Origin: Clostridia bacterium
Lineage (GTDB): Bacteria > Bacillota > Clostridia > Christensenellales > UBA1242
Direction of reading: 5' to 3'
DNA length: 64,000 nucleotides
Assembly: GCA_045637805.1 (NCBI GenBank)
Contig: JAZUAE010000021.1
Location: 1,638 to 65,637, forward strand
In this document: piece after piece, positions 27,878 through 36,497 of the stretch
Numbering within the stretch: the stretch's first letter is position 1
How the letters are laid out: each line of letters opens with the position of its first letter
Notes under the pieces: model-generated
The model's database searches: none
What the model was told of the DNA's origin: nothing
Seen by the model: only the letters and a program-made list of their open reading frames with translations
Translations under genes and position numbers: made by a program

Positions 27878-28048
27878 ATTATTCTAGTACTGATTGAACA
27901 CGCACACCGACCCCCACACATGTTGCAGGGAAGCATAATGCGAAGCATTTGCCCCTGCAACATTGACAACCGAAAGGTTGGCAAATAAGGTGGGGTCGTA
28001 TTGAGGTGCACCGAAGGTTGCGGGTCTGTTTTGACATAAGGTGGGTGG
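27873..28048. repeat. Degenerate inverted tRNA-Ile 3'-half copy plus multi-hairpin element (copy 2)
   Basis: TTTTTATTATTCTAGTACTGATTGAACACGCACACCGACCCCCAC aligns to the reverse complement of the tRNA-Ile 3' half; ATGTTGCAGGG...CCCTGCAACAT and CAACC-GAAA-GGTTG stems; forward ATAAGGTGGGGTCG. Confidence 0.8.
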
Positions 28049-28112
28049 TTGATTCTTCATTGCATTTTACTTGTTTTATTACATTAAAAAAGCAAGTTGT
28101 TTTACGACTTGC

Positions 28113-28379
28113 CTACTTACCATCCCAATCTTCTGGCCTACGCCAATGGCCATATTTTTCAAAAAACAAATCTTGTTTTTTCATTATTTCATCAACTTCT
28201 TCGTTGGTGTATTTTTTTTGTTGTGGGTTATAACCAACTGCTTCCATATTCCACTCATCTAATCGCCACCTTATATCCAAAGTAGGTGCTTTTAATTTCT
28301 TATAGTCTGGATAATTAGTTTTTAATTTTTCAAAAGTGTATGGCAATAAATTTTTCCACCAAGGGTCATCATAATACAT
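28113..28379 (-). CDS. Hypothetical protein (88 aa), cassette 3
   Basis: GGAGA RBS and TTGACA-18-TAATAT promoter upstream; no family recognised. Confidence 0.6.
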   Translation of the reverse strand: MYYDDPWWKNLLPYTFEKLKTNYPDYKKLKAPTLDIRWRLDEWNMEAVGYNPQQKKYTNEEVDEIMKKQDLFFEKYGHWRRPEDWDGK

Positions 28380-28496
28380 ATTATTTTCTCCATTTAATAC
28401 ATATTACATCGCCCTCTTCAAATTTGTCAAATTCTTTAAATTTGAAATTTCTTCCTATTAAAAATTGAAATTCAACATCTTTATAGTTGGAGCAAT

Positions 28497-28535
28497 ATAA
28501 TTGTAAAACGAATTACAAAACAGATTCGTTTTTTT
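28497..28535 (+). repeat. R3: degenerate type-B hairpin repeat lacking the core
   Basis: ATAATTGTAAAACGAAT identical to R1, then ...TTCGTTTTTTT. Confidence 0.7.
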
Positions 28536-29124
28536 ACTTACATAAATCATAATATCCATCAACGAGGGATAAGTTTTCATCAGCCATCAATATAGAAAGT
28601 CCTTTCTTTTTACGATATTTAGTCCATCCGTAATGGGTTCTATAAATTAGTTTATATAAGTCTACATATTTATGTATTTCCATTTCTTGAACTTCTTTAT
28701 TGTTTAAAATCATAAAGAATTTATAACTATAAATTTCATCGATTGATTCATAAGATAGTATTTTTCTATCAATAAGATCGCATAATGTACGAACCCATGT
28801 TAAATAATTTAAAACATCTGCAGGCATTGTTTTTAAACTGGTGTATTTTTCTTTAGAATATTTTTTATCTAATTCATTTAAAACTTTAGTATTACTTTCT
28901 TGTTCGTAAAATGATTGATAGAATTCAACAATAAAAGATGCTTCATTGATTTGTTTGTCTTTTTTAAATTGAATCCATAATGCAACAGCACCAATGATTG
29001 CTGTAACTGTAGTTACAATTGTAGAAATGGTGTTTGAGTATTCTGTTAAAAAAGAACCGATAATAACACCTAAAACTATTAGTGCTGTACTTATAATCAA
29101 AATTATGTTAGAATTTTTTCTCAT
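28534..29124 (-). CDS. Hypothetical membrane protein (two N-terminal TM helices), cassette 4
   Basis: Hydrophobic N-terminus followed by a helical soluble domain; AGGAG RBS. Confidence 0.7.
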   Translation of the reverse strand: MRKNSNIILIISTALIVLGVIIGSFLTEYSNTISTIVTTVTAIIGAVALWIQFKKDKQINEASFIVEFYQSFYEQESNTKVLNELDKKYSKEKYTSLKTMPADVLNYLTWVRTLCDLIDRKILSYESIDEIYSYKFFMILNNKEVQEMEIHKYVDLYKLIYRTHYGWTKYRKKKGLSILMADENLSLVDGYYDLCK

Positions 29125-29216
29125 GTGTTTTCTCCTTTAAATGAAGTATATGGTTGATGCATATAAAAAGTCAAACAAATAGTTAGAGTTTGTAAAAATA
29201 TTATAAATATTAAAAG

Positions 29217-29282
29217 TCTTGCATTAGAGTGATTGCGTTCTACCATAAAAAAGATAATGAACCCGTGTGGTTCGTTTTTTTT
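29217..29282 (+). repeat. R4: arm Y + core + hairpin type A
   Basis: GCATTAGAGTGATTGCGTTCTACCATAAAAAAGATAATGAACCCGTGTGGTTCGTTTTTT. Confidence 0.88.
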
Positions 29283-29384
29283 ATTTTAATTTATTTCTTA
29301 ATTAAACATTTTTAACTATGTGTGTTGATTGTTTTTGATTGATTGCGTTTTATAATGATGGTATCTTATAAAGGAGGAAAATAT

Positions 29385-29741
29385 ATGAACACAGATAAGA
29401 TTTATGCAGAGCAAATTGCAAGCGAATATGCAGAAAAGGGGACTTCAAAGGTTAAAGCATTAAAGAGGCTTGATGCAAAAGCTAAAAACCCAGCTCATAT
29501 TTTTGCTTATACTTTTGGTATTATTTGTAGTTTAATGCTTGGTACAGGTATGAGCTTAGCAATGGGCGTTATTGGCGGAGGATCTATCCTTATGATGGCA
29601 ATTGGTATTATTGTTGGTTGCATTGGTATTTTTGGTGTAAGTATTAATTATTATTTATATAGAAAAATACTAGAAAATGGCAAAAAGAAATATGCAAATG
29701 ATATAATAGAACTTGCAAAACAAATTACATATGAGGAATAG
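29385..29741 (+). CDS. Small two-TM membrane protein, cassette 5
   Basis: LK.LD.KAK.PA.IFAY.FGI...L.LG.GMSLAM pattern; AGGAGG RBS. Confidence 0.75.
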   Translation: MNTDKIYAEQIASEYAEKGTSKVKALKRLDAKAKNPAHIFAYTFGIICSLMLGTGMSLAMGVIGGGSILMMAIGIIVGCIGIFGVSINYYLYRKILENGKKKYANDIIELAKQITYEE

Positions 29742-29743
29742 TT

Positions 29744-30307
29744 ATGAATAAGGCGGAAAGTAAATATTTTAACACTGCAAGGTTAATGAATACAGCATTA
29801 ATATATCTATTAGAAAAGAGAGAATTGGATAAAATAACGGTTAAAGAAATTTGTGAAAAAGCGGGAGTGAACAGGTCTACATTTTATTTACATTATGAAT
29901 CCATAGCAGATTTATTGGTTGAAACGGTGGAAAATTTGGGTAAAGATTTTAAAAATCAATTTTTGCAGACTTCAATATTAAAAAGTAATGATAAACCACA
30001 AATGTTGTTAACTGAGGAATATTTAATTCCATATTTGAACTTTGTAAAAGACAATAGGCGCATTTTAAAAACGATTCATTCTAGACCAGAAATTTTTGAT
30101 GTTGAACAAACTTACGAAAAAATGTGTTTTCAAATATTTTATCCCGCAATAAATATGTTTAATATTGACGATTCCGAAAAACCTTATATCCTTGAGTATT
30201 ATACAAAAGGTATTGTCGCAATTATTAATAAATGGATTTCAAACAACTGTGAAGATCCTATCGAGCTGATTATTAAAATAATTTATGATTGTGTTAAAAT
30301 TCCGTAA
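29744..30307 (+). CDS. TetR/AcrR family regulator, cassette 5
   Basis: ITVKEICEKAGVNRSTFYLHY HTH. Confidence 0.9.
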   Translation: MNKAESKYFNTARLMNTALIYLLEKRELDKITVKEICEKAGVNRSTFYLHYESIADLLVETVENLGKDFKNQFLQTSILKSNDKPQMLLTEEYLIPYLNFVKDNRRILKTIHSRPEIFDVEQTYEKMCFQIFYPAINMFNIDDSEKPYILEYYTKGIVAIINKWISNNCEDPIELIIKIIYDCVKIP

Positions 30308-30316
30308 TATGGTGAC

Positions 30317-30366
30317 CTCAGTCCTAACATAAATTTATAAACGAATCACGAAAGTGGTTCGTTTTT
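30317..30366 (+). repeat. R5: tRNA-type arm + core variant + hairpin type B
   Basis: CTCAGTCCTAACATAA is 15/16 identical to the tRNA-Ile 3' end (25288-25303), then AAACGAATCACGAAAGTGGTTCGTTTTT. Confidence 0.85.
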
Positions 30367-30417
30367 CTTTGTAGAAATTATGTTATTGTGATACAATTTA
30401 TTTAGGAGATAACATTT

Positions 30418-30852
30418 ATGGACAAGTTAGTTGATGTTAAAAATTATATAATTGCAAGAGAGCCTGTTTTTCATCATAGAGAATTTACAAATTCGAGAGA
30501 AGATGTGGAAAGAGAGACAACTGATGATTATTTTGAAATTAGTGCAAGTGGGTGTGATTACTCTCGTGAGTTTGTTTTAGATTATCTTGAAAAAAGATAC
30601 AAAGAAGAACCTGAAGATGATATGATAAAAGATGGCTGGAAGGTTAAAAACTTTAAAATTAGAAAGCTTGCTGACGAATTATACTTAGTAAATTACACTC
30701 TTCATGGACAAGGTAGAGTAACCAAGCGTGGTGAAATCTGGAAGGGAAACCTTACTGATGGAATCAAAATTATGTATCATCAAGGAACGGTTGTTGTTCC
30801 TGAAAGAATTAGCGAACACAAAAATTTGTTAAAAACATTAAATAAAAAATAA
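30418..30852 (+). CDS. NTF2-like (DUF4440-type) protein, cassette 6
   Basis: REPVFH..E, DYFEISASG..YSRE, YLVNYTL.QGRVT.R..IW, YHQGT. Confidence 0.7.
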   Translation: MDKLVDVKNYIIAREPVFHHREFTNSREDVERETTDDYFEISASGCDYSREFVLDYLEKRYKEEPEDDMIKDGWKVKNFKIRKLADELYLVNYTLHGQGRVTKRGEIWKGNLTDGIKIMYHQGTVVVPERISEHKNLLKTLNKK

Positions 30853-30854
30853 TC

Positions 30855-30918
30855 TTTCCGCATTAGAGATAATACGTTCTACCATAATAAAAAAACGAAC
30901 CCGTGTGGTTCGTTTTTT
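30855..30918 (+). repeat. R6: arm X + core + hairpin type A
   Basis: 30859-30890 identical to 26158-26189, then AACGAACCCGTGTGGTTCGTTTTTT. Confidence 0.9.
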
Positions 30919-30980
30919 ATTTGACATAATTTGCATGATTATAATAAAATATTTATAGCGTACAAAAAGGAGGGGTATAT

Positions 30981-31547
30981 ATGAAAAAGTTTTTTGCTAA
31001 AAAATGGACACTAATAGGTTTTGTTATTGCATCTGCAATATTTCTTGGTGGACTGCTTGCAATGCTTTTAAGTCCAGTCTTCTATGTTGGAGCTTATAGT
31101 GGTGGTGAGGGTGATGATAATTATAGTTATAAATACTATATTCATTTCAAGTCATGTAATAAGTATGAAGTAACACGAGAAGCTAAATTAATTTCAAATG
31201 GAACAACCACAACAACAGTGACTGAATATTGGTACTATAGACAAGGTGATGTTGTCATTTCTATAGACAAAACAGAAGATATGACAAAAGAACAGTACGA
31301 TAAAACTGTAAAAGAAATTAAAGATTTAAGTGAAGAAGAATTTGAGGTTTTAGTTAAAACACGCGGATCAAAAATTAATTTGCGCTACATGGAAATAAAG
31401 ACACTTACAAGTAGTGTAAAATATAGTAACAAGTCTAGTATAACATTCCTTGTAATTGATTCAATTCTATTAGGTCTTGCACTTACTGGTACAGGATTGT
31501 CAATATTTTATTATGTTAAAGCAAAAAAGAAAAAATCTAAAAACTAA
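30981..31547 (+). CDS. Hypothetical membrane protein (N- and C-terminal TM helices), cassette 7
   Basis: Two hydrophobic segments flanking a soluble domain; AGGAGG RBS. Confidence 0.7.
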   Translation: MKKFFAKKWTLIGFVIASAIFLGGLLAMLLSPVFYVGAYSGGEGDDNYSYKYYIHFKSCNKYEVTREAKLISNGTTTTTVTEYWYYRQGDVVISIDKTEDMTKEQYDKTVKEIKDLSEEEFEVLVKTRGSKINLRYMEIKTLTSSVKYSNKSSITFLVIDSILLGLALTGTGLSIFYYVKAKKKKSKN

Positions 31548-31559
31548 ATAGTAATAGAT

Positions 31560-31589
31560 AAAATCGAACCCGTGTGGTTCGTTTTTTTT
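31560..31589 (+). repeat. R7: type-A hairpin without core (array end; also a terminator between convergent genes)
   Basis: CGAACCCGTGTGGTTCGTTTTTTTT. Confidence 0.8.
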
Positions 31590-31593
31590 GTAA

Positions 31594-32514
31594 TCATTTT
31601 TTATATTCTGTTTTGTAATTTCTTTTTACGAATATGTTAATATGGCGGGGAATAACCTCAAAATTAAATGAACCACTAAAACCATATTCACCATCTAAAT
31701 TTACTATATTTTTATCATCAAGTTTCACTTGGAATTTGTTAAGTTCTAAAACAATACAATTCTTAGAATTTTTAATAGTTTTTATACCAAAAACAAAAGA
31801 TTTAAAAATATTAAATAAAGATCTTATTGATATTCCTTTTTTACTGTTTTCCTTAAATAAAATTACGTTTACATTTCCATCTGTACAATCGGCTTTATTG
31901 TTGATTTTATAGCCGCTGACATATTTACTATTAGCTATAATACCTAAGATTATATTATCACTTAAAATTTCGTTATCATATTTAAGTGTGATAGGGAATT
32001 TATTAACTTTACCAAGGTCTTTTACACCGTTTATGTAATATGCGAGTTTGCCAAAAGCTTGTTTTGCTTTTTGAGAAGCTCTATAACTCGAGCCTGTAAA
32101 AACTCCAAATGCGCAAACATAAATTCCATATTTATTTCCTGCCTTAAAAATGTCATGTAAAATTGTATGTTCATCAAGTATGATTTTTACAGCCTTTTTT
32201 ACATTTGAAGGTATTTTTAATGAATGTGCAAGATCATTTGTTGTACCTGTTGGTATATAGCCGATTTTTGGCCTATTTTCATTGTTTGCAATACCTGAGA
32301 TTATTTCGTTCATAGTTCCATCTCCACCAGAAACAATGATTGTGTCGTAAATTCCACAAGCCTCATTAGCAAAATCGCGGGCATCGCCACGCTTTTCTGT
32401 TCTTTTTACATCAACGGTGTCATATTTTGATTTTAAAGAAGATATTATAAATTCTTTCGTGTTTTTTGAGACACCTTTTCCACTTACAGGATTATAAATG
32501 TATAAACACTTCAT
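31594..32514 (-). CDS. Diacylglycerol/lipid kinase family (YegS/DagK-like)
   Basis: IYNPVSGKG, SGGDGTMNE, IPTGTTNDLA, NLDGE. Confidence 0.9.
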   Translation of the reverse strand: MKCLYIYNPVSGKGVSKNTKEFIISSLKSKYDTVDVKRTEKRGDARDFANEACGIYDTIIVSGGDGTMNEIISGIANNENRPKIGYIPTGTTNDLAHSLKIPSNVKKAVKIILDEHTILHDIFKAGNKYGIYVCAFGVFTGSSYRASQKAKQAFGKLAYYINGVKDLGKVNKFPITLKYDNEILSDNIILGIIANSKYVSGYKINNKADCTDGNVNVILFKENSKKGISIRSLFNIFKSFVFGIKTIKNSKNCIVLELNKFQVKLDDKNIVNLDGEYGFSGSFNFEVIPRHINIFVKRNYKTEYKK

Positions 32515-32650
32515 ATTTTCAGTGTACCATTTTATTATATCGAAATCAAGTATTTAAAATTAAATGAAAATTTAAAATAAACATAAATATATTTAAAATC
32601 ATAAACTATATTGATGGCATAAGTCATCAAAATTACAAAGGAGGCAAAAA

Positions 32651-33508
32651 ATGGAAACAATTTCAAATCAAGCCCATGTATCTTTTACGTACGATGGCAA
32701 TGATGTTGTTAAAACAAATGATTCTAATATTGTAAATTCTTCAATTAAAGATAAATACAGTATTTTAGTCGAAAAATCATCAACAACAGAGTGTTTTAGA
32801 GCAGGTGAAATTATCAACTATATGGTTCGTGTTACAAATACAGGTTGTGGTTGTTTAAGTAATTTTACTATCATCGACAACCTTGGAGGTGCAGACTATT
32901 TAACCTTTGTTGAAGGTAGCGCTAGATTATTTGTAAATGGAACAATGCGTGAAATTACACCGTCTAACCTATCACCATTATCATTTACTATTGCGGACAG
33001 GTTAGAAAGAGACGCCGAACTTATTTTGCAATATAATGCCCTTGTAGATGCAAATATTAGTGCTGATATTTCTGAGATCACCAATCGTGTAGATGTAAAG
33101 GGATATGCATGTGGTTGTGGCTGTGAAAGAGGCCGTGACTGTGTTGAAGGCTCAGCAGAATATACTATTTCTAGGTGTCTTTTTGCTGAAGTGTTAATTA
33201 CAAAAGCAATTTCAAACGACAATGTTTGCTGCGGTGAAGAATTAGATTATATTATAACACTTACAAATATTGGCAATATTGATGCAACAAATGTAATTGT
33301 TACTGATACTCTTCCTGAATCGTTTAATACAACGGAAATACACATGGAAAATAATGGCAATCATTATCAATTTGATGCAAGCGAATACACAATTGATGCG
33401 TCTAACTTGTTGACACTTCCAAATGAAACTGGAACCGCTATACTTGTTCCTGCACTTGGACCAGGTGTTGATAACACAACAAGAATTCGTATTCATGGAC
33501 ACATGTAA
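32651..33508 (+). CDS. DUF11 (conserved repeat domain) Cys-rich protein
   Basis: Two K.....GE...Y.(V/I)...N.G......V.D.L units; CGCGC clusters. Confidence 0.7.
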   Translation: METISNQAHVSFTYDGNDVVKTNDSNIVNSSIKDKYSILVEKSSTTECFRAGEIINYMVRVTNTGCGCLSNFTIIDNLGGADYLTFVEGSARLFVNGTMREITPSNLSPLSFTIADRLERDAELILQYNALVDANISADISEITNRVDVKGYACGCGCERGRDCVEGSAEYTISRCLFAEVLITKAISNDNVCCGEELDYIITLTNIGNIDATNVIVTDTLPESFNTTEIHMENNGNHYQFDASEYTIDASNLLTLPNETGTAILVPALGPGVDNTTRIRIHGHM

Positions 33509-33643
33509 CAAAAGAAGAGTCAATCAAGCGATTGACTCTTTTTTGTTACTTGTATGAAATTTTTATTTAAAAGTTTAAAATTATTAGGTAAATTTAACTG
33601 TTGAGTGATATAATTAATGAGAAAAAACAAAGGAGATAAAAAA

Positions 33644-34048
33644 ATGATAGATAATGGTATTGAATTGAATTTAGAAAGCGGTGAACCTCATTTTGAAAAC
33701 GATACAATGGTTGCGGTTAAGTCTAATAATTTAAAAAATAACACATTAATCGGATCCTATGTTATTATTCCAAAATCTGAAGTGGGGTCGCCATTCGAGT
33801 TGTCCGATAAAGAGTGGACAGATTGTAAATCTTTAATGATTGAAGTAAAGGAATATTTAGATAAAAAATATGCACCAGATGGCTATAATGTTGGCTGGAA
33901 TGTCGGGGAAGTGGCTGGTCAGCACGTTGCTCATGCGCATCTCCACATTATTCCAAGATATGCTGATGAGCTCTATGCTGGAAAAGGACTTCGTCATTGG
34001 TTTAAACAACCGGAAAACATGAGAGCATCATTAAAGGATAAAAAATAA
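33644..34048 (+). CDS. HIT family hydrolase
   Basis: PDGYNVGWNVGEVAGQHVAHAHLHIIPRY. Confidence 0.9.
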   Translation: MIDNGIELNLESGEPHFENDTMVAVKSNNLKNNTLIGSYVIIPKSEVGSPFELSDKEWTDCKSLMIEVKEYLDKKYAPDGYNVGWNVGEVAGQHVAHAHLHIIPRYADELYAGKGLRHWFKQPENMRASLKDKK

Positions 34049-34081
34049 ATTAATAAAAAACGAGCCTCGTAGGCTCGTTTT

Positions 34082-34690
34082 TTAATTAAATTCTGGAAAT
34101 GGGTCACTAACATTTGGCTGCATTCTACTTTCACATATTTTTGTATAAGATTCATAAACGCGCGTTGTGTCATTTTTATCTACTGCGCAAATAAAATTAC
34201 ATAAATGATCTAAACTTTCTACAACATGATTCACAATATTTGGTGCACAAATGTCCTCATTGCCATAAAAGGTATCGGTATCCCACTCAAGAGGTTCGTT
34301 TAGCTCAAAATTAAAGTATTTAAGCGTAGCGTGTATTGTTATTTCTGAAATATAAAACAAGTGTTCAATCATTGTCATGCGCTGATCTAGGGTTTTAGCA
34401 AAATGATAATGTAAAAAATAAACGGCATACCATTGCTGACATTCGTTTAAAAATGCCATTTGAGTAGAATATTCCTTTGATCCAGTTATATTAAGAAGAT
34501 TGTTTTGGTAAGTTATACGATTTTCTTTTATTTGGTCGTAATATTTGTTTACATATGGCAAAAATTTCAGATTATCAATATCGTGGTTTAAAGATTTCAT
34601 CATAGAATTTATTTTTTTAACGTTTTCTTTGTTGTGTTTTACTATATCTGAAAAATTTAAAGAGTGTTGGCTAAAAATATCGTTTTTCAT
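34082..34690 (-). CDS. Hypothetical protein
   Basis: 202-aa ORF with TTGACA-18-TATATT promoter directly upstream. Confidence 0.6.
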   Translation of the reverse strand: MKNDIFSQHSLNFSDIVKHNKENVKKINSMMKSLNHDIDNLKFLPYVNKYYDQIKENRITYQNNLLNITGSKEYSTQMAFLNECQQWYAVYFLHYHFAKTLDQRMTMIEHLFYISEITIHATLKYFNFELNEPLEWDTDTFYGNEDICAPNIVNHVVESLDHLCNFICAVDKNDTTRVYESYTKICESRMQPNVSDPFPEFN

Positions 34691-34846
34691 AAATAAGAAT
34701 ATAACACTTTTAAGCCTGTTTTGTCAATAGAGGATTGCTGCAAAGTTTAAAAAGTTGAATAAGGTTTATGCCCAAATTTCTTATAGTGACATCTTGAATT
34801 TTACAAAATTGTATTATATAATATATATAAGTAGAGGAAATTTAGT

Positions 34847-36427
34847 ATGATAGAGAAAAAACTTAGAGCGGAAAGTTTGTTAACGTCTAACATTAGTGAA
34901 GAACTTGCTTCAGTTAAGATAGATGCACTTGGTTTGCCTAATAAAATGCTCGATAAATTGAAGTCTTTTGAGGTGTATAATTTAAACACTGGTAAGACTC
35001 AATTATTTAAAAATATTGGCGATTTAATGAAAATGGGCAGAAATGGGTTAATGGTTCAACTGGGACAAAGAAATATTAGATATTCAGAGGCTGACGAAAT
35101 CATTGTTACGATTGAAAATAAACTTGCTAAAATAGGCTTAAAATTTGAGGATTCAGACTTTACCGTACTCGACGTGAAAATTAGTGAGCTAGAAGTGTCT
35201 GGGAAGGCTCACGAACTTTTAACTCGTCTTCCAAATCATATTCGCAATTTGTTAGATTTGTCTATTCAAAATAAGGCAAAACTAAGACATAAAGTTGTGG
35301 AAAATGGACAAGGTATAGTCAGCGAGATTGAAAGAGCTATGGAAAAATATGGAATGAGGTTTGTTGAGTCTAGTTTTAAATTAGACAAAAATAATTTTTT
35401 TCCAACAGAATGGATATTCAGAAAAAATGCCTCAATAGTAAATGAAGAAAGAAAAAAAGATATAAATAATGTTCAAGTAAGATTGTCCGAAAATAAATTT
35501 GCAAAAAAAGATATAAATGCCATTGATAAAAAGTGTGTTTCAGAATTACGTGCAATAGGTTTAAGCGACAAAAATATTGTTTATTTAGTAAATAAGATAG
35601 GTGTGAATAGTGTAGATGATTTAAAAAACAAAACTTATAATGAATTATGTTTTGCTTTAAATCAAAACATATCTGCTATTGGTAAGATAAGAAAGTATTT
35701 AAGAAACCAAGGAATTGAATTGAATAGGGTTTATATTAGAAAAAGGAAACAAGAAATTGTAGAATTTGATATAGAAAACATGAGTGAGGAAGAAAAGCAA
35801 AAGTTTAAAGATTCAAGTGTTGACGTTTTGGGACTTCCTGCAAGTGCAACAAAAAAACTAAAAGATGAATATGGAATTTTAAAGATTGATGATCTACAGA
35901 AAATTTCAAGGGAACAGCTCGATACTTTTAAATATAACTTAAGATCTCATGATCAACTTAAGAAGACGATACGAAGACTTTTTCCATACAAGAGTGACAT
36001 TTGTCTGATTATGAGAAAAAAAGATAAAGAAAAGTTCGTTAAATACAATCTTGAAAATATTCATAAGTTTGACAAAAATGAAGTGCTAAATGCTCCACTT
36101 TGTGCATTTGGTGTTACACTTCACACTCAAAAATTTTTAAAAAACAGAATGGGAATAGAAAAATTGTCAGACTTTACAGGAAAAACTTATACAGATATAG
36201 CTATGGCTTTGAATAACAACTTAAATCAAGCTGCTCTAATTTCTAAAATGTTAAAAGCGATAGATCTACCTCTTGCGCGATCTAAAAAAATTGACGACAA
36301 CGAAAACTTGGACGATTTTGTTTTTGAATCAAGTAATGGAGAACAAGTTGAAAATAACGGTAATGATTTTGTAAGAAAAAATTGCAAAAAATCAAGAAAA
36401 GAATTTGATGCGGACGAAATGATATAA
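34847..36427 (+). CDS. Protein of about five tandem RNA polymerase alpha-CTD-like (HhH) repeats
   Basis: Repeats such as IDALGLP..MLDKL...IGDL, ISELEVS.KA..LL...I..LLDL, IGLSDK....L...GVNSVDDL, VDVLGLP..A.KKL...GI..IDDL. Confidence 0.6.
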   Translation: MIEKKLRAESLLTSNISEELASVKIDALGLPNKMLDKLKSFEVYNLNTGKTQLFKNIGDLMKMGRNGLMVQLGQRNIRYSEADEIIVTIENKLAKIGLKFEDSDFTVLDVKISELEVSGKAHELLTRLPNHIRNLLDLSIQNKAKLRHKVVENGQGIVSEIERAMEKYGMRFVESSFKLDKNNFFPTEWIFRKNASIVNEERKKDINNVQVRLSENKFAKKDINAIDKKCVSELRAIGLSDKNIVYLVNKIGVNSVDDLKNKTYNELCFALNQNISAIGKIRKYLRNQGIELNRVYIRKRKQEIVEFDIENMSEEEKQKFKDSSVDVLGLPASATKKLKDEYGILKIDDLQKISREQLDTFKYNLRSHDQLKKTIRRLFPYKSDICLIMRKKDKEKFVKYNLENIHKFDKNEVLNAPLCAFGVTLHTQKFLKNRMGIEKLSDFTGKTYTDIAMALNNNLNQAALISKMLKAIDLPLARSKKIDDNENLDDFVFESSNGEQVENNGNDFVRKNCKKSRKEFDADEMI

Positions 36428-36497
36428 TAGCTTTATATTTCTTTGAATTATTAGCTTTTTAGTGTATAATTTATGTATAAATATTTTGAGGTGTTTT

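Larger units (their letters stand above)
25291..31589 (+). mobile_element. Putative tRNA-Ile-anchored array of seven gene cassettes delimited by direct repeats; no integrase in the window
   Basis: Eight related repeats (R0-R7), each separated by one or two unrelated genes; see findings. Confidence 0.6.

Noticed and set aside
27820-28285. Short ORFs 27820..28011, 28006..28233, 28071..28262, 28097..28285
   Set aside because: They overlap the structured repeat element or are antisense to the 88-aa gene; no RBS or protein-like features
29337-29356. TGATTGCGTT match to repeat arm Y
   Set aside because: Only 10 bp, lies within the promoter spacer of the next gene and lacks core and hairpin; probably chance
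30310-30317. TGGTGACC as the reverse complement of another tRNA 3' end (GGTCACCA)
   Set aside because: Eight bases only; no further tRNA similarity
25291-31589. CRISPR array interpretation of the direct repeats
   Set aside because: Intervening sequences are 0.5-1.7 kb and contain whole genes, repeats are heterogeneous, and no cas genes are present
25291-31589. Classical integron/CALIN
   Set aside because: No RYYYAAC...GTTRRRY attC boxes (the core reads GTTCTAC), no intI, and cargo genes occur in both orientations with their own promoters
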